Virus record (IMG/VR): IMGVR_UViG_3300044701_003563
Length of the DNA: 64,000 nucleotides
From: a virus
Direction: 5' to 3' (one strand)
Positions 27,250 through 37,101 of this stretch are shown here, one piece after another; the first letter of the stretch is position 1; every line of letters starts with the position of its first letter. The position numbers and the translations under genes were made by a program. The notes beneath the pieces were generated by a model that ran no database searches, had not been told where the DNA came from, and saw nothing but the letters and a program-made list of their open reading frames with translations.

Positions 27250-27543
27250 TCAAAGATTTTCTTCTTGTTCAGTTTCAATTATAAGATCAGATTTTGGATA
27301 AGAACAGCAGAGCAGTGCAAATCCTTTTTCAATCTGATCGTCATCAAGGAATGTTTGTTCTTCATCATCAATTTCTCCATCTACAATTCTACCAGTACAA
27401 GCAGAGCAAGCACCAGCACGACAGGAAGAAGGGAGATCTAAACCTGCATATTCAGCAGCATCAAGAATGTATTGATCGTCAGGACATTGAATGGTTTGTT
27501 CAGTTCCATCGGAAAGTTTAAATGTAATGTTATATTCGGTCAT
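27250..27543 (-). CDS. petF: plant-type [2Fe-2S] ferredoxin
   Basis: [22 protein letters not shown]...Q.FLDDDQI..GF.LLC..YP.SD. Confidence 0.95.
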   Translation of the reverse strand: MTEYNITFKLSDGTEQTIQCPDDQYILDAAEYAGLDLPSSCRAGACSACTGRIVDGEIDDEEQTFLDDDQIEKGFALLCCSYPKSDLIIETEQEENL

Positions 27544-27579
27544 AATAGTAAGTAATTAAACTCAATATAATTTATGCAT

Positions 27580-27801
27580 TTAAAGTTTTCCACCTACTTC
27601 ACCATCATAAGTTTTAGTTTCGTGAAAACTTTCTTGTAATCCTTTAAGGTAAAAATGAGTTGCAGAAATACATATATCCTCAGCAAGAGATGTAATTAAT
27701 GCTTTATCGTCCTTATCATAAGATACCCAAGTTCCCCATCTTTGCTTCTTAACATAAAAAGCATCATTTATCCATTTTTTTTCTTCGTTATTCATAATCA
27801 A
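27580..27801 (-). CDS. conserved cyanophage protein (...YDGEVGGKL)
   Basis: Motif. Confidence 0.65.
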   Translation of the reverse strand: MIMNNEEKKWINDAFYVKKQRWGTWVSYDKDDKALITSLAEDICISATHFYLKGLQESFHETKTYDGEVGGKL

Positions 27802-27925
27802 TCACGTTCATCTAATCTTCCTTTAATGTATCCTATAAACATTCCACACATGAAAGATACAAAGAGAAATAAGATATGTGATGTAAAATCTATTAATTCA
27901 AGGATTTCCTGATAATCCATGAAAT

Positions 27926-28246
27926 TTAATCTCTCTGTCTCCAATCTTCTGGTTTATCTTGAGTCCACCAATCTTTCATGTCATCTATACTGTCAAATCC
28001 ACGTTTGCCGAATCTTTCATGACCCAAACCACCAATATCAAGTTGGTTCAAAAAATCATCCATATCACCTTCTTTCATGTCTGGATTCTCTGCCTTTCTT
28101 CTTGCCTGGCGGAGTATGGTAGCAGCAGAACGATTTGCTTTAGCAAGTTTTTCTGCCCAGATCATGTCTTCTAAACTGACTTCTTCATGAAGGGCAATCT
28201 TCTGACAAATACCTTCCAGACGGATGCGATATTGTGTAGAGAGCAT
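27926..28246 (-). CDS. conserved cyanophage protein (MLSTQYR.RLE.IC...DMIWAEKLAK.N)
   Basis: GGAG SD before MLSTQY. Confidence 0.75.
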   Translation of the reverse strand: MLSTQYRIRLEGICQKIALHEEVSLEDMIWAEKLAKANRSAATILRQARRKAENPDMKEGDMDDFLNQLDIGGLGHERFGKRGFDSIDDMKDWWTQDKPEDWRQRD

Positions 28247-28279
28247 ATGTAATCTCCATATTGGGTTATTTAGCATTAG

Positions 28280-28468
28280 TTACTTAAATCGTTCTGCCAA
28301 ATCATTACACTTAGCAAAATCCTGATATGATTGCTCAGATCGTTCATATAGAATATCACAAATCTCTTGAAGAATGGTGTCGTTATCAATACCATCTTCA
28401 ATGTATGCGTAAAGTGCTTCTCGCAGATACCTCTGACGATTCCATTCAGGAGAATAGGGTTTATACAT
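28280..28468 (-). CDS. conserved cyanophage protein (YKPYSPEW.R.RYL)
   Basis: Probable start MYKPY. Confidence 0.65.
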   Translation of the reverse strand: MYKPYSPEWNRQRYLREALYAYIEDGIDNDTILQEICDILYERSEQSYQDFAKCNDLAERFK

Positions 28469-29483
28469 TTTTAATCCACCTATCATTAGCAAGTGTCCAT
28501 TGAACAACTTCTTTCAGTCGTTCACAAACTGGTTTTGGTTCCCAACCCATTTCCTTCATTTTAGTTCCGTCAAGAGCATAACGAAGATCATGACCAGGAC
28601 GGGAAGAATGGAAATCTACAAGTTCATACTTAAGTTCTTTTCCTTGAGCATCTGCAATGAATTGTGCAAGTTGAAGATTATTCAGCTCCTCTGCTCCAAC
28701 AATGTTGAACTTAGGACACTTTGCACCACCCCAAGTTGTTCCAAAATATTTAATCGACTTTGAAAGAAAGAGAACTGCGTCTGCAACATCTTCGGCATGA
28801 ATATAATGCCTTGATCCAGGAATAGTTTTTGTATGATCACTGTGAATGGTAATCGTCTCACCATCCCTCACTTTGCGAATACACATGGGAATGTACTTCT
28901 CAGGATGCTGCCTTTCACCAAACACGTTCATCGTATGCGTGATGATGACAGGAAGACCATAGGTGTTCTCAAATGCTACGGCAAGTTCCTCACCACCCGC
29001 TTTGGATGCACTGTAGGGGTTTGTGGAGTTGTACCGATCATTCTCCTTGTACTTGATGCCATCAGGAGCAGGTCCAAAGATCTCATCTGTGCTGAAGTAC
29101 AGAAACTGATCAAGATTATCCTGAGTCCTCGCAAAACTGAGGATGTTGCAGGTTCCCACAACGTTGTCCATCACAAATTCCATAGGATACTCAATACTTC
29201 TATCGACATGAGATCCTGCAGCAAGGTGGAAGATGTAATCGACTTTGCCAATCTCAGAACAAATCAAAGGATTCAGTTCTGCTTTTAGGTCATGATGTAC
29301 AATTTTAACTCGCTTTCTAACGTCCTCAGGAAAAGAAAGCATAAGATCGTGCAGACGATTAAGGTTGCCACTATAATCAAGGCGGTCAAGAGTAACAATA
29401 TCCCAATCAGTATCTCTAAGAATCTTTCCAATAAGATGATGAGCAATGAACCCTGCTCCTCCAGTAATAAGTGCTTTTTTCAT
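28461..29483 (-). CDS. rfbB: dTDP-glucose 4,6-dehydratase (extended SDR)
   Basis: ITGGAGFI, HLAAGSHVDRSI, STDE, YSASK, NVFG..QHPEK.IP, RPGHDLRYA. Confidence 0.88.
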   Translation of the reverse strand: MKKALITGGAGFIAHHLIGKILRDTDWDIVTLDRLDYSGNLNRLHDLMLSFPEDVRKRVKIVHHDLKAELNPLICSEIGKVDYIFHLAAGSHVDRSIEYPMEFVMDNVVGTCNILSFARTQDNLDQFLYFSTDEIFGPAPDGIKYKENDRYNSTNPYSASKAGGEELAVAFENTYGLPVIITHTMNVFGERQHPEKYIPMCIRKVRDGETITIHSDHTKTIPGSRHYIHAEDVADAVLFLSKSIKYFGTTWGGAKCPKFNIVGAEELNNLQLAQFIADAQGKELKYELVDFHSSRPGHDLRYALDGTKMKEMGWEPKPVCERLKEVVQWTLANDRWIKNV

Positions 29484-29683
29484 TTTTCAATTCTCCAATG
29501 ACAATTACCTTTTTTTTCAACACAAAATCTGTACTGCTTATTTAGTGATTGCAAATAAAACATAGTTTCAGTTTCATTTTCGACCAAGCATGAATGGAAT
29601 AAATCCATATCTTCAGAAAACCTGATTTTTGCTTGTTTGGACAATGGAATGACTGAGATGAATTTCTTTCGTGTTGCGTTCAT
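29480..29683 (-). CDS. hypothetical cyanophage protein
   Basis: ORF track. Confidence 0.6.
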   Translation of the reverse strand: MNATRKKFISVIPLSKQAKIRFSEDMDLFHSCLVENETETMFYLQSLNKQYRFCVEKKGNCHWRIEK

Positions 29684-29881
29684 TTTAATATGTCAGGGGA
29701 TAGTTGTCAATTAAAAACAGTTCCAGATTTTGGAAGAGATCTGTGCTCTGCGATAAATTTTGCAGCAGATTTTGCTGTCCTACAAACCTTTAGTTGTTGC
29801 CCATTGTAAATCACCATAAGTTGATTTACAAAAGGAACTGCTGCGTATCCATCGTCAGTAATAAATCCATCTAACATATTT

Positions 29882-30478
29882 TTATTCCTTATACCCGTCG
29901 TTAATTTTGAAGTAGTTCAAATCTTCAGTGTACCTTTTAAGGATGCAGTAGCAAAGATCGTTATAGATGATGGCATTTTTTTCAAGTTGTTCATCACTAC
30001 TATCAAAGCTATTGGTCATGCATTCGACCATAACCTGATTTGGAATGGTTGCAGTCAAAAGAACCAAAGCAGCAATAATAAAGGAGGATGAGTGATGTCC
30101 AATAGAAAGAGTGGGCATCTTAATGATCTCATCAAAAGGTTTAGGATCCATCTTTTGATACTGCTCTTCATTATCGCAGTACCATGAGACAGCTCCCATT
30201 CCACAAATCCACACAAGATCCTTGATGAAAGCATCTTGTGTATCGATGTCAAGTTTAAAAATTTCTTCCTTAGGTGGGCATTTGCCATTGAAGATCATTT
30301 CAACCATTTCGGATGGGACATCTTCAAAATCTTGATCAATTTGAATCATGTTTGAGAGATCATGCCTTTTCAGAAGGCACTCAATGAAAGAATGAGTAAA
30401 CTCAGTACACTCATTACTTTCCTGTTTAACCTCAGCAATCCGTTGATTGAGGGCAGAAATGTCAAAGTTTTCAGTCAT
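29882..30478 (-). CDS. hypothetical acidic protein
   Basis: ATGA-coupled to the helicase. Confidence 0.65.
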   Translation of the reverse strand: MTENFDISALNQRIAEVKQESNECTEFTHSFIECLLKRHDLSNMIQIDQDFEDVPSEMVEMIFNGKCPPKEEIFKLDIDTQDAFIKDLVWICGMGAVSWYCDNEEQYQKMDPKPFDEIIKMPTLSIGHHSSSFIIAALVLLTATIPNQVMVECMTNSFDSSDEQLEKNAIIYNDLCYCILKRYTEDLNYFKINDGYKE

Positions 30479-31707
30479 TTTTGGATAGTAGCAATGCAGG
30501 GTTGACCTTCGGTGAATACGGTATCGACTACTGCCTGAAGACGACGAGCAGTTGCAATACCAGTGTTGGAGTAAACAGGGACATGAATGAGACCAAACGA
30601 CTTAGTGTAGTTGTCAAGATCACCAGCAGCAACCTTACCACTACGAATGTTGGATGCGTCTTCGGGATGAAGACGGATCACACGACCAATCGTTTGACAC
30701 ATCTGGATTACGTCCATCTGACGCATCATAACACATGCTGTCAATCCAGGGCAATTGATGCCTTCAGACAGAATGCTGTAGTGAAGGATAACAAACTTCT
30801 TCTCGGGATCATGACCATACTGACTCAGAACGTTGAAGAACTCCTCACGGGTGACTTTCTCATTGTTGATAAAGGCACCATGCTTAGAAGTGATCCACAG
30901 CACATCATACCCGTAGGATTGAATCTCAGGCATGAAGTCGGTTTCTGCAAGCATTCGCATCAGAACCTTAGTGTTGGGAGCAGCAACAAGCACTTTCTGC
31001 ATGTTGTCGCCGTTGATGATGGTGTCAAGCAGAGTCATGCAGTCACGTTCTGCACCGAACTCCTTGTCACGTTCCATGTTGATGTTGACTGCATTAACAA
31101 CAGGAGGAATGATAGAACCATTCTCAATCAGTTCTGGAGCAGGAACGTTGATGATGACGTTGCCATAGACCTGAGCATTGTTCATGCCAGGTTTGTTCCA
31201 GGCAGCACTGTGCTTGGGAGTTGCGGTGAAGAAGTAGGAACGATCTGCCTTGTCACTAAGAATCTCAGTGGAAGTATAAAAGGACTTCTTGACACTATTG
31301 TGTGCCTCATCAAAGTAGATGGTATTGATATGGACACCAGAATCAACAACCTTCTGAAGGGAGTTGTAAGTGGTGAAGGTAATGCGATGACCATCAACGG
31401 CATGGTGCCAAGCATGGATCATTGCGGTCTTGGTCGTGCTAAAGTGATCGGTTTCACCAGAATGCACATGAATGATGTGGGCATTGTCGATGTGCTCAAG
31501 GAACTCAGAGCACAGCTGAGATGCCAGGAGGATGCGTGGAGCAACCACTACGAAGTGCATGGACTCAGAGGAGGTCTTCATCTGCCCAATGGCATTGAAG
31601 ATCATGGTCAGGGTCTTGCCAGCACCAGTCGGCATGACGAGTTGACCCTTGCTATGCTTGAGCATGGCATCGAGAGCACGTTGTTGGTGCGGTCGGAGTT
31701 GAATCAT
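30475..31707 (-). CDS. SF2 DEAH-box helicase (ResIII/UvsW-like)
   Basis: LRPHQ, MPTGAGKT, DEAH, TAT, LSEGI, QTIGRVIR. The ATG at 31728 abuts the -10 box, so MIQLRPHQ at 31707 is preferred. Confidence 0.88.
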   Translation of the reverse strand: MIQLRPHQQRALDAMLKHSKGQLVMPTGAGKTLTMIFNAIGQMKTSSESMHFVVVAPRILLASQLCSEFLEHIDNAHIIHVHSGETDHFSTTKTAMIHAWHHAVDGHRITFTTYNSLQKVVDSGVHINTIYFDEAHNSVKKSFYTSTEILSDKADRSYFFTATPKHSAAWNKPGMNNAQVYGNVIINVPAPELIENGSIIPPVVNAVNINMERDKEFGAERDCMTLLDTIINGDNMQKVLVAAPNTKVLMRMLAETDFMPEIQSYGYDVLWITSKHGAFINNEKVTREEFFNVLSQYGHDPEKKFVILHYSILSEGINCPGLTACVMMRQMDVIQMCQTIGRVIRLHPEDASNIRSGKVAAGDLDNYTKSFGLIHVPVYSNTGIATARRLQAVVDTVFTEGQPCIATIQK

Positions 31708-31728
31708 CGGTCTGTCGTGTGTGGTCAT

Positions 31729-31799
31729 ATTATAGCATGAAAAGACCCCCCTGGTGGGTTCCAGGAGGGGGGTCAGTGTGCCAGTTTTTAATCCGACTA
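31729..31799 (-). promoter_or_regulatory. extended -10 early promoter (TGcTATAAT) with GC hairpin/terminator and half-dyad
   Basis: aaactggcac...gacccccc...gggggtc-ttttca-TGcTATAAT. Confidence 0.7.
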
Positions 31800-32507
31800 C
31801 TTTATTTTTTTCATCTCTTCAGAAATTTTCATATACAAATTAAATTTTGCTTCAAGGAGGCTCTGGAGAGAGTATGACATTGGGCAATTCAACTTAATAG
31901 TTGTATATGAATTTTCCAGAAAGATATTATTATTTAAAGTGACTGGATTTATATTTGAAAGATCTAAAAAGTGAATGTGATCTTTCTCAAAATCAGCATA
32001 AATTCCATCCCCCTGAGCATAATATCTTGTTCTAGCATATTCATCTTTAACCAAACCAACTCTAAAGTCAAAACAATTAGTTTGATTTAAAATAATAAAT
32101 TCACATGTACTATTATACTTACATTCTTCAAGAAAAGAGTGTATGGTGGCTTCTCCCGACCCATAAAAATTTTTCATTTTAATTGGAGAGGTATCATCTT
32201 TTTGTACTATTCCTCTTTCAAAAAGTTTTCCATTTTTATCATTAGGTTTTCTTACTCTAAAGATATTTTGCTGACTTTTATATTCAATTGGCGATTTAAA
32301 AAGTTTATAGTCTCTTCCATTTTCATCAATATGTTGCAAAGGTATTGAACAAAAATGAGAGAATGCTTTTTCTCTCATGGAAGAGACCAACATATTATCA
32401 GATCTACTTTTAAATCCTATATCATTATGAATGTCCATACAAAATCCAACAAATGAGTCCCAATCACAATTATTTTGAATTAGATCGGCAATTTCTTCAA
32501 GATTCAT
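31797..32507 (-). CDS. hypothetical protein, possible PD-(D/E)XK nuclease
   Basis: E...GRD-x8-EYK; own promoter TTGACA-17-TACAGT at ~32530-32558. Confidence 0.5.
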   Translation of the reverse strand: MNLEEIADLIQNNCDWDSFVGFCMDIHNDIGFKSRSDNMLVSSMREKAFSHFCSIPLQHIDENGRDYKLFKSPIEYKSQQNIFRVRKPNDKNGKLFERGIVQKDDTSPIKMKNFYGSGEATIHSFLEECKYNSTCEFIILNQTNCFDFRVGLVKDEYARTRYYAQGDGIYADFEKDHIHFLDLSNINPVTLNNNIFLENSYTTIKLNCPMSYSLQSLLEAKFNLYMKISEEMKKIK

Positions 32508-32554
32508 GGAGTTTGTAGTGGTTGACAGAACTGTAACCGATTATATCTAATTTG

Positions 32555-35500
32555 TCAATCCTCAATTTGAAAATCTTCTGCCCAGCACTCACCGTATCCA
32601 TTTTTCTGGTCATCATATGGATAATGTTGCAATCCTTTACGGTTCCATTCCAGATCAATTCCTTCTCTGGGGAAAGACTTAAATGCTCTAGTAGTAACAT
32701 TTTGACTAACTTGATGGGATTGATTCCATCCTCCGCAATTGTCATGTAAATATTTTTCAGGTTCAAGTAACATGATGTTGATTGTTTCATCAAATTTAGA
32801 GCAATATCTTGCTCCAATATAAGTTTCATTTCTAACAAAGAAAGGATAATATTTGTGAAGATTTTCTTTTGATATTTTAATTTTATCAGAAAGACCATTA
32901 TATTCTAATGGAATATCATACAATTCTTTTACATTACAACTTTTTCCCCAAAAAACATGATCTCTTGGATGAAACAAAAGATTTGGATATATTCCAGCAA
33001 CAAAAATCTGATCTTCAAATTCTCGATTATTCAACAGGTAATTGTACATATTATGCATACTTTCATCATAATATCTTTGATCGGTTCTCATTTTGGCGCA
33101 ATACTCAGTTGTAACTAATTCAAGTCCAGCATGAGCACTTGCTATTTGTAAATTTCTATTGTCAGTTCCTGGAATTGGTTTTTCTATTTCAACAATTTTA
33201 ACTCTATCATGATCAATAGATCCGTCATACTGTCCCTTCCAAGTAGAAAGAATTATATTATTAATAAAATCTAGTTTAAGGTATGAATTTATAATATTTG
33301 GAGTCTCTTCATCAAAATGCCCAGCAAGGACAATATCAATTTTTCCAATATCGTTATTTACACTATTGGTTTCTTCATTTTTATTTTTATTGCAGGAAAG
33401 ATTTTCCAGTATATCTCGATATTGCTCGGTAAAGAAGCACTCAATGTTCTTAAATTTTTCTAGTTCTTTTTCTACTTGAACTTTATATTCTTCTGGAATT
33501 TCATAATTATCTTTAATATCCATCAAAATATTATAAGATTCTTCAATTTTACCCCAATCCCAAGCAGCAAGTGCTTGCTCGTACATAATAGCAAATTTCC
33601 CAGGAAAATGAACATCCGTTTTAAAATTGGGAATAGAATCAAAACTGGAAAAATTTAAAGCTGTTGATGCGTAAATATAACAATCTTGCCAAAATCCTCT
33701 TTTTCTGCAGAAATTACTCAGATGATAATATGCTTCTGGTCTATGTGGTAATAATACCAATGCTTGTTGTAAAATTCCTTTTGCGGTCATATCTCTAGTT
33801 CCTTGCCTATCATAACAATAAGCACCATGAATTAAAGATTCATAAGCATAATGATCGTTTTCAAATCTTTCTGCTGCTCTTAAGAAGAAAGAAAGTGCAG
33901 CCGCATCTTGACCATGAACTTCATACCAAAGTCCAATTTTAAAATTAAGTTCTGGATTTTCAGTATCAGATGAATATTCAGTCAGCAATTCTTCAATATC
34001 CAGAACAATTTGAACATAGTTTTGATTTTTTACATGCACCATTGATTTTTCTCCTAAATTTTCTACTTTTTCAAATGCCCAATCATTTGCTGAAAGTGAT
34101 TTTACTTGTCTATATCCCATATTATACATCAAACTTTGAATTTTTTCAGCATTCTCATCCAAGTGAAGGTATTCAAATTCTACTTTTTTTATCAAATATT
34201 TTTCCCAATTAAAATTAAGTAATATATCCGATTCTAGACCTTCAATGTCCAATAATAACCAATCAATTTCTTTAAGATTGTATCTATCAAATAATTCTTC
34301 CAATGTAATACAGGAAATTTCAAAAGTTTCAATATTTCCATCCGTGAGGGAAGATCCAGGCCAATCAATACATTTTTGAATATGTTCTTTTTTGCAAGAT
34401 GCGATTTCGTAATTTGATTCTTCAGGATGATAATAAAAGGTTAGATGATCATGTTCATGCGATGGACTTTTTATTCCCAAATTTTCTACAAAAATATTAT
34501 TATATTTTTTATAGCATTCTTTTACAGAATCTATATGTATTTTATTTGCATCTACAAATAGTCCAAATTCTATTTCATTTTCTTTATAATTTAAAGACAA
34601 ATACTCATATAAATCATCATACCCTCTATTACAACCAATTTGAACTACTTTTAATTTTTTTAAATTATTTTTCCCAAAAATTAAATTTAAATTATTTTTT
34701 GAATTATTTTTCCACCAATTTAAATTGTAAGTATAGCTATCGAGATGATTTTCCTTAATACCACTATCTATTTCAGAAAACGTGGTCCCTAATTTAAGAT
34801 CTTCTAGAAATAAATTGACTGAATATACTTTACCATGTCCCCAGAATAAAACATTTTCTGGCATTGGATACCATCCAGTATCATAAACTTCCAAATTAAA
34901 TTCATTTTCTGAAACATAATATTGATCAATAATACGTTTTGCGTATTCTTTAGTGAGAATATAAGCAGTTACTGACCAATCGGTTTGCCATCTATTTTCA
35001 AATTTTAAATCTCTTTGTTCATCCCTAATACAATAAAGTTGAACGCAGTCAGCATCATCTGGAAGATTTTCAATGAACTCTTTCCAGGTAAAATCCCAAT
35101 ATTTTAAAGATTCCAAACTTAGATCATCTTCACAAAAGAATCCATATTTTTCATCAGATTCATCATACCATTTTTTAATCATTTTGATATGTGAAACTAC
35201 ACATCCTTTAGTCCCACTATCTAAAATATTAACTTGAGATCCAGTAACTATATCATTAGACTGATCAAATCTTTTAGATATTAATGGATTAAATTCAGTT
35301 ACTCCATTTTTTTTAAATTGTTCTATTAAATTTTTTTGCCTATCTTTACTTTCTTCAAGACTAATAAAATTTACTTTTGGAAAATCTTCAAGTTTTTTTA
35401 TATTATTTACTTTTTTTGCATGAAAATATCTCTCGGATATTTCTTCCAATTTCCATTCATGAATCCTTTTAATATAAAAATTATCAATTTTACCAATGTC

Positions 35501-36280
35501 ATTTTTATTCAATGACACATGAAGTGTAGACAAGACATAATCAACTTCCCACTCAAGTTGATCTTCTGAGTAAATTTCTTTAAGGTTATTATATATTTCT
35601 TCTCTAATGTAAGGTTGATCTACATGTCCTTTAAAATTTTCAACCCTTTTACTATCTGGATGGGGAATATGAATTATAGAATTATCAAAATCAATTTTTA
35701 CTTTTTTGAGTCCAGATAATTCCAATCTTTTAAATATTTCTTCATCTTCAAACGCATAATAGTTGTGCAATAACTCATTATACCCATTTATTTTATTAAA
35801 ATTTTCTTTCTTGGTAAAAAGAAGTCCAATCAAATACTTATAAAATGGAGAATATGATTTATCGTATAGGAGCAATCCTTCTCTCCCCAGTAACATGTAA
35901 TTATAATCTTCTGGAAATTGAGATTCATCAACAGCATGTTCATATTCTCCACAGACAAATTCATTATCTTTAGGGAAATATCTTTCAAAAAAATTATAAT
36001 ATGGATTTATTACATAATCACAATCAACTTTTAAAATATATTCTCCTGTAGCAAAATCAGCCGCAAGATTTAAAGGTTGAGGTTGATTAAAATATTTCTC
36101 ATCAGAGACTTTAATAATTTTTATTCTCGGATCATGGGAAAGTAAAAAATCAATTGATTCATCAGAATCCCAATCCACAATTATTATTTCTGTTATTTCT
36201 TTAAATTTAACCCAAGAATTTAAAGAAACCCGTAAAGCATCAATTCTATTTTTGCAAGAACAAATTAATGATACACTCAT
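32555..36280 (-). CDS. multidomain glycan-modifying protein: GT2 + GT25 + FkbM methyltransferase + TPR + WavE-like
   Basis: GT2 (EIIIVDW, KVDCD, GYNE..YAFED); GT25 (ISLEES.DR, GC..SH, EDD); FkbM (VQIG, TLEEL..IDWLLLDIEG, FE); TPR (RPEAYY.L); WavE (IILSTW, NRNLQI, KMRTDQ, FHPRDH.FWG). Confidence 0.8.
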   Translation of the reverse strand: MSVSLICSCKNRIDALRVSLNSWVKFKEITEIIIVDWDSDESIDFLLSHDPRIKIIKVSDEKYFNQPQPLNLAADFATGEYILKVDCDYVINPYYNFFERYFPKDNEFVCGEYEHAVDESQFPEDYNYMLLGREGLLLYDKSYSPFYKYLIGLLFTKKENFNKINGYNELLHNYYAFEDEEIFKRLELSGLKKVKIDFDNSIIHIPHPDSKRVENFKGHVDQPYIREEIYNNLKEIYSEDQLEWEVDYVLSTLHVSLNKNDIGKIDNFYIKRIHEWKLEEISERYFHAKKVNNIKKLEDFPKVNFISLEESKDRQKNLIEQFKKNGVTEFNPLISKRFDQSNDIVTGSQVNILDSGTKGCVVSHIKMIKKWYDESDEKYGFFCEDDLSLESLKYWDFTWKEFIENLPDDADCVQLYCIRDEQRDLKFENRWQTDWSVTAYILTKEYAKRIIDQYYVSENEFNLEVYDTGWYPMPENVLFWGHGKVYSVNLFLEDLKLGTTFSEIDSGIKENHLDSYTYNLNWWKNNSKNNLNLIFGKNNLKKLKVVQIGCNRGYDDLYEYLSLNYKENEIEFGLFVDANKIHIDSVKECYKKYNNIFVENLGIKSPSHEHDHLTFYYHPEESNYEIASCKKEHIQKCIDWPGSSLTDGNIETFEISCITLEELFDRYNLKEIDWLLLDIEGLESDILLNFNWEKYLIKKVEFEYLHLDENAEKIQSLMYNMGYRQVKSLSANDWAFEKVENLGEKSMVHVKNQNYVQIVLDIEELLTEYSSDTENPELNFKIGLWYEVHGQDAAALSFFLRAAERFENDHYAYESLIHGAYCYDRQGTRDMTAKGILQQALVLLPHRPEAYYHLSNFCRKRGFWQDCYIYASTALNFSSFDSIPNFKTDVHFPGKFAIMYEQALAAWDWGKIEESYNILMDIKDNYEIPEEYKVQVEKELEKFKNIECFFTEQYRDILENLSCNKNKNEETNSVNNDIGKIDIVLAGHFDEETPNIINSYLKLDFINNIILSTWKGQYDGSIDHDRVKIVEIEKPIPGTDNRNLQIASAHAGLELVTTEYCAKMRTDQRYYDESMHNMYNYLLNNREFEDQIFVAGIYPNLLFHPRDHVFWGKSCNVKELYDIPLEYNGLSDKIKISKENLHKYYPFFVRNETYIGARYCSKFDETINIMLLEPEKYLHDNCGGWNQSHQVSQNVTTRAFKSFPREGIDLEWNRKGLQHYPYDDQKNGYGECWAEDFQIED

Positions 36281-36301
36281 AATGTCAAAACTATATTTTC
36301 T

Positions 36302-36778
36302 TTATTTAACCGATTTGAAAAACAATCTTTTGTAGTCGTTGCAAAAATCCGTGCAAATTCCTTTTGAATTTGTAAGATAACCATTACTTTCTTCAGAATG
36401 ATAAAAATCTGTAATTTCTGGAAGCACAATTATGGATTTATGATATGGTTTTTTGCCTGGATACACCCACCCTATTCCATGACTTGTGATTGTATATTGA
36501 TCATTTTCATGCCAAAAATAATTAAAAGATGTTTCAGAAAAAAAGTCAAGTGCTTGAACATTTTTACAATGAATCCAAAGATATTTTTTTCTTCGTATTA
36601 ACCAATCAAAAGTCACATGATGCTGAGGATTATCATGTCCAAGAAAAAGTCCGTTATCTTCTCTAATATCAATTTCCACATCAAATCCAGATTTAATGGC
36701 CTCATCAATATAGTCTAAACTATTTTCTCTCAATGGATTTGGTCCATCGAGATTTCCTCTATGTGCGATTATTTTCAT
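36302..36778 (-). CDS. glycerophosphodiester phosphodiesterase-like protein
   Basis: IIAHRGN, ENS, DVEIDI, LGHD, WIHCKN, ICTD. Confidence 0.8.
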   Translation of the reverse strand: MKIIAHRGNLDGPNPLRENSLDYIDEAIKSGFDVEIDIREDNGLFLGHDNPQHHVTFDWLIRRKKYLWIHCKNVQALDFFSETSFNYFWHENDQYTITSHGIGWVYPGKKPYHKSIIVLPEITDFYHSEESNGYLTNSKGICTDFCNDYKRLFFKSVK

Positions 36779-37101
36779 TTTTTTGTTAAGGAAATTTTAT
36801 CGTTTTGTATACCAGGAAGTTTCACACATACTATTTCACAATCTTCTAAAAATTCTGGATCTGCAATTTCAAAAGGGGTTAAAGTAAAAATATCTCCAGC
36901 ATTTAATTCCACTCCTTGAAGAATCATTCTACCACGAACCAACAAATTTATTTCTGTGACTTTTTCATGGTAATGAATATCCCATTGCTCACCCTTCGGA
37001 TGAGTTTTATAAGAAACTTCAACTGCATCAGTTTTATACGCACAATCAAAGTTTCCAATAAACCATCCACCAATCATTCTATCAAGTCTATCTAATTTCA
37101 T
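36775..37101 (-). CDS. cupin-fold protein
   Basis: GGWFIGNF, HYH...TEIN....G, GDIF...P.E. Confidence 0.7.
   Translation of the reverse strand: MKLDRLDRMIGGWFIGNFDCAYKTDAVEVSYKTHPKGEQWDIHYHEKVTEINLLVRGRMILQGVELNAGDIFTLTPFEIADPEFLEDCEIVCVKLPGIQNDKISLTKK

Noticed and set aside
30481-31740. 419-aa + strand ORF exactly antisense to the helicase (similarly 2334..3032, 3117..3635, 4607..6073)
   Set aside because: These are antisense shadows caused by the codon bias of GC-richer early genes; they have no motifs or RBS.
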